Shown: piece after piece, positions 20,333-29,754 of the stretch | How the letters are laid out: every line of letters begins with the position of its first letter | Numbering within the stretch: the stretch's first letter is position 1 | Source of the DNA: Acidimicrobiia bacterium | GTDB lineage: Bacteria; Actinomycetota; Acidimicrobiia; Spongiisociales; ZC4RG35 | DNA length: 64,000 nucleotides | Direction: 5' to 3' | NCBI GenBank assembly: GCA_965203555.1 | Contig: CBDBCY010000004.1 | Location: forward strand, 1,472,001-1,536,000 | Notes under the pieces: generated by a model | Told to the model about the DNA's origin: nothing | The model's database searches: none | What the model saw: the letters and a program-made list of their open reading frames with translations, nothing else | Program-made: the position numbers and the translations under genes

Positions 20333-21067
20333 CACCTGCTCGTCTGGTCAGTCGAAAAAGAATGGTGTCTGTGGTTACCCGGTGCTGACTATTCGGACTA
20401 GTTCGTCGGACATCACCGAGGGCCAGATAGCCTCCTTCCAGATCCATTCTGACCGTCGCGTTCCGAGGGTGGCCCCAGCCGCGTGGCGAATGGCAGGGGC
20501 GTGGACCGTGAGAAACTGGTCCACCACAATCTCCGGAGGCGATGGACCCTGGCGCATCCTTCGGTGGCGTACTCCCGATGACTCCACCGATGAGCCGGAT
20601 GGTTCGGTGGAGATATCCTTGCGGAGTGGCTCCGGCTACAGAATGGGGTCACCATCGTCCGCTACGGTGACAATCCGGGATAATGACGAACCTACCTGCT
20701 CGTCTGGTCAGTCGAAAAAGAATGGTGTCTGTGGTTACCCGGTGCTGACTATTCGGACTAGTTCGTCGGACATCACCGAGGGCCAGATAGCCTCCTTCCA
20801 GATCCATTCTGACCGTCGCGTTCCTGGATCCCTCAGGGTGGCCCTCAGCCGCGTGGCGAATGGCAACTATGGGGCGTGGACCGTGAGAAACTGGTCCACC
20901 ACAATCTCCGGAGGCGATGGACCCTGGCGCATCCTTCGGTGGCGTACTCCCGATGACTCCACCGATGAGCCGGATGGTTCGGTGGAGATATCCTTGCGGA
21001 GTGGCTCCGGCTACAGAATGGGGTCACCATCGTCCGCTACGGTGACAATCCGGGATAATGACGAACC
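20333..21067 (+). repeat. Near-identical intragenic tandem duplication (360/375 bp)
   Basis: Two copies of TCSSGQSKKNGVCGY...IRDNDEP; the first copy is 15 bp shorter near 20465-20500. Confidence 0.9.
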
Positions 21068-21740
21068 CGCCGTTGTTCCAGTGGTCAGCATCAGTGGTGG
21101 TAGGTCTGTCACTGAGGGAGGAAACGTGGTGTTTACCCTCACCGCTACTCCGAAGCCCACGAAGACGATATCGGTCAAGGTGCATATTGCGGACCCCTAC
21201 AACGATGATCCGGGAATAACCATTTTCCTCACCGATTACAGCGAAAGGACCGTGCGCATCGGCACCAGCGGTAGGGCCACACTCTCCCTTGCCACCGATG
21301 ATGACCAGACGGAGGAGTCGGACGATGATGTGGTGGCTACCATCAAGTCGGGGACCGGGTATCGCATTGGTACTGCCTCAGCCTCGGTTCGGGTGAGGGA
21401 CAATGATGCCCCGGCCACGCCACGTGCTCGGGTTGGTAGTTATGGCAGTGTCGCCGCGGGAAATAGGTTGGGTGCCTGGGTTGGGTTCTACAATGTGGAT
21501 AACCCTCCGACCAGGGTGCGGGTCAAGATAGAACGGCCAGGGTACACCACCGTATACAGGTGGATAACCACGAGCAGCGACTCGAATGGCTGGAAGTTCG
21601 GTCGTATCTCGGAAACCACCTGGAAGGCGGGGTGGGCCAAAATCACGGTTGTGTCGGGAACCGGATACACCTTTGGGGCGACCGTCTCAATCCGAATCTA
21701 TCCCCGAAATTGATGGTGGGTAGCCGATCCCCAATCAACG

Positions 21741-21770
21741 AAAGGGAGGCTGGGCAACCGGCCTCCCTTT
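21741..21770 (+). terminator. Intrinsic terminator-like hairpin, possibly bidirectional
   Basis: AAAGGGAGGC-N10-GCCTCCCTTT just after stop 21713. Confidence 0.7.
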
Positions 21771-21790
21771 CACTTGCCAAAATATTCCCA

Positions 21791-21974
21791 CACGGAAAAC
21801 TGATGGCCATGGCCGACGCGCTCGGTCTCGACCCGGAGTGGATACAGGCCGAGGGCTTCCCCCAGGAACATTTTCGATATCGGTCTCGCTAAGCGGCGTG
21901 ACGCTGTCGCGTTGGGCGCCAAGGAGGTGACCATGAAAGTGTTGGGCCGGATGATGTTCTCACGTCCCGTGTGA
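21791..21974 (+). pseudogene. DUF4031-like fragment, 5'-truncated and frameshifted
   Basis: HGKLMAMADALGLDPEWIQAEGFPQEH / FDIGLAKRRDAVALGAKEVTMKVLGRM after removing one T in TTTT 21871-21874. Confidence 0.6.
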
Positions 21975-22186
21975 GCCTTCCCATCGTCTTTCCGGGCGTT
22001 CACCAGATTCCCATCGCTTCGCGTGTTCCGCGACGCATGATCAACGTCAACATTCTGGAACGCCGATCGAGTGACTTCCAAACCGGCCCTTGGATTATGA
22101 ACTCGGGTGCCTTCACCCGTATCATTTCGGGGGAGGGGCATTTGGCGCCGGGTATCCGAGTAGGACGCAAGGGTGGAACCAGCTGA
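21971..22186 (+). pseudogene. N-terminal fragment of a phage-type tRNA-guanine-transglycosylase-like (DUF7221/DpdA-like) protein
   Basis: FPGVHQ...INVNILERRSSDF..GPWIMNSGAFT resembles the WIMDSGAF motif; GTG overlaps the upstream TGA; truncated at 71 aa. Confidence 0.5.
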
Positions 22187-22249
22187 TGCGCCTGGCGCAC
22201 ATAGTGGGCATCACCCGCCGAAAGACCACCTACCCCCATGTTTATTCCT

Positions 22250-23932
22250 TCAAGTATGCGAAACCCGCTGGGACAGTTTTCGATGAAATGTCTCGACTTT
22301 CCCGATTCGCCTTCTTTCGCGATCTCCTTCTGGTGACCCGAAGCGATCCTCCTGCGAGGGGCGAAGCGCCCGTCGCATGATCTTGCCGGTGGTGGTGCGG
22401 GGCAGTTCGTCGAGGAAGGTGACCTTGCTGGGGGTTTCATGAGCAGCCAGCCGGGTGCGGACATGGCTTTGTAGCTCGGAAGCGAGTTTTTCTGAAGGTT
22501 CGAAACCGGGGCGCAAGACTACGAACGCCGCAGGCACGTGTCCGCGGATCTCGTCCGGAACCCCCACCACCGCACACATCGACACCGCCGGGTGGGCCAT
22601 CAGGCTTTCTTCGATTTCCCCAGGGCCGATCCGGTAGCCCCGAGAGGTGATCAGGTCGTCCTTTCGGCTTCGGAACCACAGATAACCGTCGGAATCCTCG
22701 ATTCCCAGGTCGCCGGTGAGCAGCCAATCGTCCCGGTACTTCTCGGCGGTGGCATCGGGACGATTCCAGTAGGCGAGCATCATCACCGGATCGGGAGAGC
22801 GAACGCATATCTCTCCCTCCTGGTCGATCAGGCGGTTGCCCTGTTCATCTTGGACCTCCACCCTGTGTCCCGGGAGTGCCCGGCCCATCGACCCGGGCCG
22901 CACCGGCCAGACGGAGGCGCAGTTGCCTACCACCAGGTTGGCCTCGGTCTGCCCGTAACCCTCGTTGATATGGCACCCCAGAGTCTGCTCAGACCACTCC
23001 AACATCTCCGCTCCCAGGGGTTCGCCACCCGTGAAGATCGCTCGCAAAGACAGGTCAGGACGGTTGACTCCGGAGGCCCGCATCATCTTCAGAGCGGTAG
23101 GCGGCAGGAAAGCCAGCGTTACCCGATGCTCGGCCATCAGGTCGAAAGCAGCGCCCGGATCGAACCTCTCCTCGTCGGAGGTTAAAACCGGTATCCCGTA
23201 GTACCAGGCGGGAATCAGTGCATCCATCAGACCACCCAGCCATGCCCAGTCGGCGGGGGTCCACATGACGTCGTCCGGCTGGGGAGGGAACTCGTAATAG
23301 CACTCGAACCCGGTCAGATGCCCGAACAGGGAGCGGTGCGCATGAAGAGCGCCCTTGGGCGGTCCGGTGGTGCCCGAGGTGTAGATCAGATAGGCGGGAT
23401 CCTCTCCCACGGTGTCGACGGGCGCCATTGCAGGACCGGAACACAATTCATCGAACTGAGGACCGGTCTCGATCGCCGGCAGGTGAGGCGCCGCTTCCTC
23501 CAGTTTGGCCCGGCTGTCGGGATGCACGATGGCTGCCTTGGCGCCTGAATCGGAAAGACGGTAGGAGATGGCATCGGGTCCGAACAGCGTTGCCAGGGGA
23601 AGCGACAAGGCGCCCATTCTCCACAGGGCAAGATGGGCCAGACCGACCTCCAATGACTGGGGGGCGATGATGGCCACCCGATCACCGCGCTCGATTCCCA
23701 TCCCGGCCAGGCCTGCGGCAAGGCGTGAGGAAAGGTCGGTCAGTTGCCCGAAGGTGTACCGGGACGCCGCCCCCGACCGGTGAGCGACCACCAATGCAGT
23801 GGAAGAGGGGTCTTGTTCGTCGGCACACGCCACACCCAGATTGAACCGTTCCGGAATCTGCCAACTGAAGCTACTGACCAGCGACTCGTATGTCATTCCC
23901 ACGTATGGGTTCAGCATCCGTCGCCCGCTCAA
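22250..23932 (-). CDS. Acyl-CoA synthetase (AMP-binding family)
   Basis: YTSGTTGPPKG, EGYGQTE, TGD, RKDDLI, PRTTTGKI. Confidence 0.93.
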   Translation of the reverse strand: MSGRRMLNPYVGMTYESLVSSFSWQIPERFNLGVACADEQDPSSTALVVAHRSGAASRYTFGQLTDLSSRLAAGLAGMGIERGDRVAIIAPQSLEVGLAHLALWRMGALSLPLATLFGPDAISYRLSDSGAKAAIVHPDSRAKLEEAAPHLPAIETGPQFDELCSGPAMAPVDTVGEDPAYLIYTSGTTGPPKGALHAHRSLFGHLTGFECYYEFPPQPDDVMWTPADWAWLGGLMDALIPAWYYGIPVLTSDEERFDPGAAFDLMAEHRVTLAFLPPTALKMMRASGVNRPDLSLRAIFTGGEPLGAEMLEWSEQTLGCHINEGYGQTEANLVVGNCASVWPVRPGSMGRALPGHRVEVQDEQGNRLIDQEGEICVRSPDPVMMLAYWNRPDATAEKYRDDWLLTGDLGIEDSDGYLWFRSRKDDLITSRGYRIGPGEIEESLMAHPAVSMCAVVGVPDEIRGHVPAAFVVLRPGFEPSEKLASELQSHVRTRLAAHETPSKVTFLDELPRTTTGKIMRRALRPSQEDRFGSPEGDRERRRIGKVETFHRKLSQRVSHT

Positions 23933-23985
23933 AGAGATCCCCTTCTACTCAGCAGGTTCTGCCATCGTCATCGCCGCGCCACCCT

Positions 23986-24717
23986 TCACGAAGAGTCTGC
24001 CGCATCCGATCGTCGAAGGGCCCAAACCAGCTTCACCGGAGTGCCGTCCACGCGTTCATCCCCGGCACGGTCGACAGAGAAGCCCGCCTCCTCAAGAAGT
24101 CGAGCCAATCGATCCGTGTCAACTTCGTGGAAGAAGCCCGGCTGACCTCGCCGGCTGCTGTCGTATGAGTCATGACGAGGGTGGGTCGGATCGCTGAATT
24201 GCTCATCGAGGAGGACCAGCCGGCCACCCGGTCGCATCACCCGGCCGAGTTCTCGGCATGCTTTCTCATCATCTCCCCAGTGATGAACGCAATTGATGGA
24301 CCACGCCGCGTCGATCGAAGCGCTGTCCAGTGGCAGATCCTCGGCCTTGCCTTTGAGGACGACCATCCGCTCCCTCAGGCCCCGGGAGGTTCGCCTCATT
24401 CTCATGATTCCTCTCATCAGAGGGGAGGGATCCACGGCAAAAACCCGCCCGTCGCCCACCCGGTCGGAGGCGGATAGGACCGCCGGCCCCATGCCTGCCC
24501 CAATATCCAATACCTGCTCCCCGGGGATTGGATCGATCAGTTCCACCAAGGCCTCGTTCATCGGCGCCTTCCACAGTTGGGGAGCGTGTTTCAGGTATCT
24601 GAGCTGATGCAACCAGCCTTCATGGTGGTGGCCGTGGGCGTGGCCCTCGCCCCCGCCGGAATGGTCGGGAGACGAATGGTGGTGGGACTGTCCTGCAGAT
24701 TCTTGTTGATGTTCCAT
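23986..24717 (-). CDS. Class I SAM-dependent methyltransferase with His-rich N-terminus
   Basis: VLDIGAGMG, AEDLP, HHW, RVMRPGG. Confidence 0.88.
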   Translation of the reverse strand: MEHQQESAGQSHHHSSPDHSGGGEGHAHGHHHEGWLHQLRYLKHAPQLWKAPMNEALVELIDPIPGEQVLDIGAGMGPAVLSASDRVGDGRVFAVDPSPLMRGIMRMRRTSRGLRERMVVLKGKAEDLPLDSASIDAAWSINCVHHWGDDEKACRELGRVMRPGGRLVLLDEQFSDPTHPRHDSYDSSRRGQPGFFHEVDTDRLARLLEEAGFSVDRAGDERVDGTPVKLVWALRRSDAADSS

Positions 24718-24745
24718 AACCCGTCTTTCGATTGTTCTTTCCTGT

Positions 24746-26053
24746 TCACTCCCCGTTTTCCATCTCAGCCAGCACCTGGGCGGCGGCGGTCAACGCCCTC
24801 TCCACATCCGACCCGGTATGGGCCGCCGACAGGTACCACAGGCCTCTCCCGATCAGTCTTATTCCTCGACGATGCATGCCCGCCACAAAGCGCCCGTATT
24901 GGGCGGTGTCATAGGAGAGCGTGTCGCGATAGTCCCTGATCCGCTCGGCGTCGGTGAAACCGGCATGGAACATAGGTCCGGGACCCTCCACCCGGAGGGG
25001 ACGTCCCATCCGCTCGGATACCCGGCGCAGACCCTCGGCCAACTCGCCGCCCAGCCTGAAGAGACGGTCGTGGACCTGCTCTCGCTCCAGGATCCGCAGG
25101 GTTGCAACCGCCGCCGCCACGGTGGGATTGCCGGCGTTCATGGTCCCGGCGTGCAGGGCGGTCCCTTCCGCCACATGGGCCATCAGTTCCTCCCTGCCCA
25201 CCAGGGCGCTGATCGGAAACCCGTTGGCCATGGCCTTCCCGAAAGTGGCGAGATCAGGCTCCACCCCGAAATACCCCTGTGCGCCCGACATGCCCAGCCG
25301 GAACCCGGTGATCACCTCATCAAAGATCAACGCCGCCCCATAAGAGGAGCAAAGCGAACGAAGCCCTTCCAAGAATCCCTCAGACGGCATGATGCACCCG
25401 CTGTTGCACATCACCGGCTCGGTGATCACCGCCGCAATCCCTTCGGGGTCGGAAGCCAACGTCCTTTCCACCGCCTCCAGGTCGTTCCAGCAGGCGATGG
25501 CGACCTCGGTGTCCGAAGAGGGTGGACGCCCCTGCGTCCAGGGAAACGGCCGAGGGCCAAGCCGCGATCCCAACGAATCGGCAGAGGGGGCGGAGACACT
25601 CACCGCCACATTGTCAAACCAGCCGTGATAATGACCCTCGAACTTCAGAAACCGGGTCCTTCCGGTATGAACCCGCGCCGCCCGCAATGCGGCATGCACC
25701 GCCTCTGAACCGCTCAGGCTGAAGCGGACCAACTCTGCGCAGGGAACCAAACGCTTGAGGCTTTCGGCCAATTGCAGTTCGGCAAGATGCTGACCGGCAA
25801 AAATCTGACCGGACGAGGTCGCCCGGGCCACCGCCTCCACCACTTCCGGATGGGAGTGGCCCAGGATCAGGGGGCCCTGGCTGAGGGTGAAATCCAGGTA
25901 GGTGTTTCCATCCACGTCAGTGATCCGGCTACCCCGACCCGACTCGTAGAACAGAGGATGGGGGTGCTCGAAAGAGCGGAACTGGCTGGAAACTCCCCCG
26001 GCCAAGGCCATGCAAGCCCGCTGGTAGTACTCCGCGGATCTGTGATGCTTCAT
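24746..26053 (-). CDS. Class III aminotransferase (glutamate-1-semialdehyde aminomutase-like)
   Basis: DVDGNTYLDF, SGSEA, FEGHYHG, LIFDEVITGFR, FGKAMANG. Confidence 0.9.
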   Translation of the reverse strand: MKHHRSAEYYQRACMALAGGVSSQFRSFEHPHPLFYESGRGSRITDVDGNTYLDFTLSQGPLILGHSHPEVVEAVARATSSGQIFAGQHLAELQLAESLKRLVPCAELVRFSLSGSEAVHAALRAARVHTGRTRFLKFEGHYHGWFDNVAVSVSAPSADSLGSRLGPRPFPWTQGRPPSSDTEVAIACWNDLEAVERTLASDPEGIAAVITEPVMCNSGCIMPSEGFLEGLRSLCSSYGAALIFDEVITGFRLGMSGAQGYFGVEPDLATFGKAMANGFPISALVGREELMAHVAEGTALHAGTMNAGNPTVAAAVATLRILEREQVHDRLFRLGGELAEGLRRVSERMGRPLRVEGPGPMFHAGFTDAERIRDYRDTLSYDTAQYGRFVAGMHRRGIRLIGRGLWYLSAAHTGSDVERALTAAAQVLAEMENGE

Positions 26054-26096
26054 CGCCGCCCAATCTTACGACTGTTGCCCGTATGGGTCCCCATGC

Positions 26097-27371
26097 CTAC
26101 CCGGTCACCAACCACAGATCACCGACATTGGCGCCGGTGGGACCGGTGGTGATCAGGTCTCCGCAGGCTTCCAGGTACGATGACGAGTCGAAACCATGCA
26201 GGTGTTGCGACCAGTCCAGACCGGCGGCGCGACCGCGAGCCATCGTTTCGGCGTCCACCAGGCCACCGGCTGATTCACTCTCTCCATCGATCCCATCGGT
26301 GGCAAAACCCCCAAAGGCCCCCCTGCCGCGCCGGTCAAGACATGCAGCGGCGACCAGGGCGGCATGCTGGTTGCGGCCTCCCCGGCCGGGAGCATCTATA
26401 TTGATTTTCACCGTCGTCTCACCCCAATAGACATCCACCAGGTCGGGAACAGACCTCCTCACGGCCATGCGCGCCGCTTCCTCAGCCTCGCCCACCACCG
26501 GAGAAGCCACGGTCCGAGCCTTCAACCCGTCAGCCTCCAACCGGCGTCGGGCGGCCCGGGCCGCACCCAAACCGTCGGCGAGCACTTCGTAGCAGTGATC
26601 TTCCGGCCCGGGGAGCGAAGAGGCCCGAGCCCGGAGATATCTCATCACCGCGGGCGGCGCCCGGTGCTCCAGGCGGTAGTCGGACAGCACCGCCCGGGCG
26701 TCGGCGGCGGTGGTGCCGTCGGGCAGAGTAGGCCCGGAGGCGATGGCGGAAGCAGGGCCATCCAACACATCGGAGATCAGCAGGGAAACCATACGGCATC
26801 CACTGGCATTGCGAGCGATGCCCCCGTTCTTGACTTCGGACAGATGCCTTCGCACGATATTCATCTCTGCGATCGGGACCCCACCGGTGACCAGCAGCCG
26901 TCCCACCTCCTGCAAATCTCCAAAGCTGATGCCCGGCGCCGGGACCTCCATGAGAGCCGATCCCCCTCCCGACACCAGCGCCAGCAACCATTCACCGGGC
27001 TTCCCTGCCGACGCCAGCCGCAGGGCGGCCCGGCCTGCTTCCAGACTGGCCCGGCCCGGATAGGGATGATCTCCGACCATCACCCTGATCAAAGGATGGG
27101 GGGCAGGCCGATGATGATCGGCGATGATCAGGCCTCCCACCAACCGTTTCCGGAGAGTCTCCGCCGCCGCGGCAGCCATCCCGTGAGCCCCCTTTCCCAC
27201 CGCCAGCACGCGGACTCCCGTCCCGTCGTCGGGCCCTGCTCCCCCGACCTCCAACCGGTTTGCTGGTTCGCAAAGGCGCCGGCGCGTCACCAGATACGGG
27301 TCGACGGATCGCAGCGCCGCCCGGTAGGCGTCCAGAAAGGCCGTTCTGAAGGTATGAGTGTCAGCCGTCAA
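26097..27371 (-). CDS. Glycerate kinase type 2 (DUF4147/MOFRL)
   Basis: VSGGGSALM, ISDV, IASGPT, GETTV, GGRNQ, TDGIDG, TGPTGANVGD. Confidence 0.92.
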   Translation of the reverse strand: MTADTHTFRTAFLDAYRAALRSVDPYLVTRRRLCEPANRLEVGGAGPDDGTGVRVLAVGKGAHGMAAAAAETLRKRLVGGLIIADHHRPAPHPLIRVMVGDHPYPGRASLEAGRAALRLASAGKPGEWLLALVSGGGSALMEVPAPGISFGDLQEVGRLLVTGGVPIAEMNIVRRHLSEVKNGGIARNASGCRMVSLLISDVLDGPASAIASGPTLPDGTTAADARAVLSDYRLEHRAPPAVMRYLRARASSLPGPEDHCYEVLADGLGAARAARRRLEADGLKARTVASPVVGEAEEAARMAVRRSVPDLVDVYWGETTVKINIDAPGRGGRNQHAALVAAACLDRRGRGAFGGFATDGIDGESESAGGLVDAETMARGRAAGLDWSQHLHGFDSSSYLEACGDLITTGPTGANVGDLWLVTG

Positions 27372-28096
27372 GGTATGACGATCTTGAAGGCCTCGGCTGC
27401 CTTCAGCCCGGCCGGCCCACCCGCCTCGACAGCCCGGCGGTTGATCTTGTCGGCGAACCGCTCACGGTGGACCGCCGACAGGTCGGCGTCATCCATGGTG
27501 GTCTCGGCCTGACTGGAATGACAGAGCAAAGCCGCCACTTTCTGATCGACGTGTCCGCTGATGTCCTCCCGGTGGTCGGGCTGGTCGGTCGCCCAGTAGA
27601 GAATCGCATCCGGTCGGTGCTTGTTCATCCCTTCCGACAGTTGGTCGGGATAGAAGAGGTGATCCCGGGCCGCCACCACGCCGTCGCTGGCGGCCATTCC
27701 GGTTACCCGATGATCGGGGTGCAGCAGATAGCGCTTCCACGGATCGTGGGTGAGCACGACATCGGGCCGCAGTTTCCTGATCCACCAGCACAGCGTCTCC
27801 CGCAGTTTCATGGAGTACTCCAACTCTCCGTCCACCTTCCCCAGCATCACCACTTCACCCGTGACGCCCAGCGCCGACGCCGAGCGAAGCTGTTCGGCCC
27901 GGCGAGTCTCGATCAACTCGGCGGGGTCGGCGCCCGGATCCCAGCTGCCCTTCGACCCGTCGGTCATCACCAACATCGATGCCCGGCACCCCTTCGCCGA
28001 CCACTTGGAAAGCACTCCCCCCGCTCCGAACTCGGCATCGTCAGGATGAGCGCCGATTGTCAAAGCACGGGCGGGAGTGGAGAGTTGTTTGCTCAC
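27368..28096 (-). CDS. PIG-L family deacetylase
   Basis: AHPDDAE, TDGSKG, HPDH. Confidence 0.92.
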   Translation of the reverse strand: MSKQLSTPARALTIGAHPDDAEFGAGGVLSKWSAKGCRASMLVMTDGSKGSWDPGADPAELIETRRAEQLRSASALGVTGEVVMLGKVDGELEYSMKLRETLCWWIRKLRPDVVLTHDPWKRYLLHPDHRVTGMAASDGVVAARDHLFYPDQLSEGMNKHRPDAILYWATDQPDHREDISGHVDQKVAALLCHSSQAETTMDDADLSAVHRERFADKINRRAVEAGGPAGLKAAEAFKIVIP

Positions 28097-28172
28097 TTTG
28101 ATCCGTCCTTTCCCCGACCACGCATCTGCGGTTTCCTTCCGTATTCAAGCATGGTTCTCAACCCGGAATGCG

Positions 28173-28337
28173 TCAAATGCTTACCCGTTCGCCGACGTAG
28201 CGAAGCCACTCTTCATCGGGCGCCTCCTGACCGAGTGGCCAATCCGAGTGCCCTGGATAAATAATGCGCTCATCATCCTCTTCCAGGGCGCGCGCAACAC
28301 CTATCAGACTCGCGTCAAAAAATATGCGTCGGCTCAC
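28173..28337 (-). pseudogene. Truncated VapC45-like PIN toxin (54 aa)
   Basis: Manual translation MSRRIFFDASLIGVARALEEDDERIIYPGHSDWPLGQEAPDEEWLRYVGERVSI*; GTG overlaps the antitoxin stop; FFD and D.EWL motifs. Confidence 0.65.
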
Positions 28338-29053
28338 GCCGCCCGGCGTGACCAGAGTGACGATTCGAAGCGAACGGCTTCCTCTATGTCCCGGCGGGTC
28401 AGGCCATAGTCACCGTATACCTTTTGAAGGGTGGAGATGGACTCACCCGCGGTGCGCAGTTCAGCAATCATCTCCGTACGCACTCCATTGATATGCGGCA
28501 AGCCCAAGACAACGCGAGAATCCAAAACGATCCTTCGGTATCCCGGCCACGGATACCACTTGGCGGCGACTCCCCCTTCAACGCCCGGCGGCTCGAACTC
28601 AACCCGTTCGAAGAACTGTTTCGCGACAGGCGCCAAAACAAGCTGATAAGGATCGCTGGATGACCCCTCCACCACGAGAAACAGATCCCGGTCGATGTCG
28701 AGGCTTTGCTGCTCGCGCCACAGTAATTGCAGGCCGTCGGAGTAGAGAGGCCTGGCTTGGGCAAGCGGGTAAGAGGTCTGGAGGCTCTCCCGCAGGGCGA
28801 CAATCAGGGGTCGCAGTCTCTCGATTGGGAGCCTTCGATTCCTGCACTCTCCCAGGAATCCTGCTTCCACGAACTCGCCCCACGTGACATCGGTGTCACC
28901 CGTGCGCTCCGGTCTGATCAGAGGCTTGATCACCCTATCGAACCGGCGGTCGCCATCCAGCCACCTGCGCAGCGTCTTGTCCGGAATACCAAGCAGCCGA
29001 GCCGCCTCGTTCATTTGATAGACAGGACGATCCAATGGTGGCGGGTCTTGCAC
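28334..29053 (-). CDS. HTH + DUF433 antitoxin (VapB45-like)
   Basis: EAARLLGIPDKTLRRWL HTH; TWGEFVE; YPLA; C-terminal GLPHINGVRTEMIAE...GESI...DIEEAVRFE. Confidence 0.85.
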   Translation of the reverse strand: MQDPPPLDRPVYQMNEAARLLGIPDKTLRRWLDGDRRFDRVIKPLIRPERTGDTDVTWGEFVEAGFLGECRNRRLPIERLRPLIVALRESLQTSYPLAQARPLYSDGLQLLWREQQSLDIDRDLFLVVEGSSSDPYQLVLAPVAKQFFERVEFEPPGVEGGVAAKWYPWPGYRRIVLDSRVVLGLPHINGVRTEMIAELRTAGESISTLQKVYGDYGLTRRDIEEAVRFESSLWSRRAA

Positions 29054-29116
29054 CGTTACCTCCTCGCAGCCTCTGTGAGTGCCTGAGGGCTGCCGTTCAT
29101 CGTAGCCTACTTCTCT

Positions 29117-29746
29117 TCAGGTCATCAGCTTTCCCCACTCCGACTCTGCCAGAAAACTTGTCAGCCAGGCACCCCGTGGATGGGTCAGCGCGGCTTGCAG
29201 ATCGGAGGGCCGGTCGAGGTCGAGGGCAAAGCCGAGGCGATAGACCACCTGAGGAGAGTTGTGCCGGAGCCGGGAGAGGTGCCGGTGAAAACTTGCCTTG
29301 CCGTAGGCGAAGTCGAAGCCGGCCCCGACAGGGCCACCTATTACCGAAGTCCCCCCGTCGGAGGAAGGCGCCAGTACCCATCCTCCCGGCGCCATTGCTT
29401 TCATGGCGGCCGTGATGTCCGCCGCAGCCAACAGCGGGAGGTCGGCGTGTATCACCATCCACGGTACGTGGAGTCGAGCAGCCAACTCCAATGCCCCGGC
29501 GGCTGCCGCGTTCAGGGACGGCTCACGGTCCGCGATCGCCTCCCAGCCGTGCTGCTCCGCCCAATCCATCACCGTTCCGTCAGCGGCCAGAACCAGTGGA
29601 CGAGCCCCGGCCTCCGCAATGGCCCCCAAGACCCTGGAGGCCATTTGCAAACTCAGGATTCTTCTGGTTTCGGCTGAGAGAACTGAAGCCAGCCGAGATT
29701 TGGGCGAGATCGACTGTCTCGCCGGGACCGCCGCCAGGACCTCCAT
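29117..29746 (-). CDS. cofC: 2-phospho-L-lactate/PEP guanylyltransferase (F420 biosynthesis)
   Basis: PKSRL, SLNAA, ADLP, DGGT, SFHRH, DLDRPSDL. Confidence 0.85.
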   Translation of the reverse strand: MEVLAAVPARQSISPKSRLASVLSAETRRILSLQMASRVLGAIAEAGARPLVLAADGTVMDWAEQHGWEAIADREPSLNAAAAGALELAARLHVPWMVIHADLPLLAAADITAAMKAMAPGGWVLAPSSDGGTSVIGGPVGAGFDFAYGKASFHRHLSRLRHNSPQVVYRLGFALDLDRPSDLQAALTHPRGAWLTSFLAESEWGKLMT

Positions 29747-29754
29747 CACCGCGA

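Larger units (their letters stand above)
17884..21713 (+). pseudogene. 3' part of large secreted protein with ~8 Calx-beta-like repeats and four Cys-containing linker modules
   Basis: Repeated VTEG...DDSTDEP(N/D)GS...GY.VGSPSSATVTIRDNDE; four TCSSGQ(S/A).K.GVCGYPVLT modules; poly-Thr tract near 18850-18900. Confidence 0.85.

Noticed and set aside
24746-26053. hemL symbol
   Set aside because: GSA-aminomutase-like, but the context and several positions differ; probably a paralog
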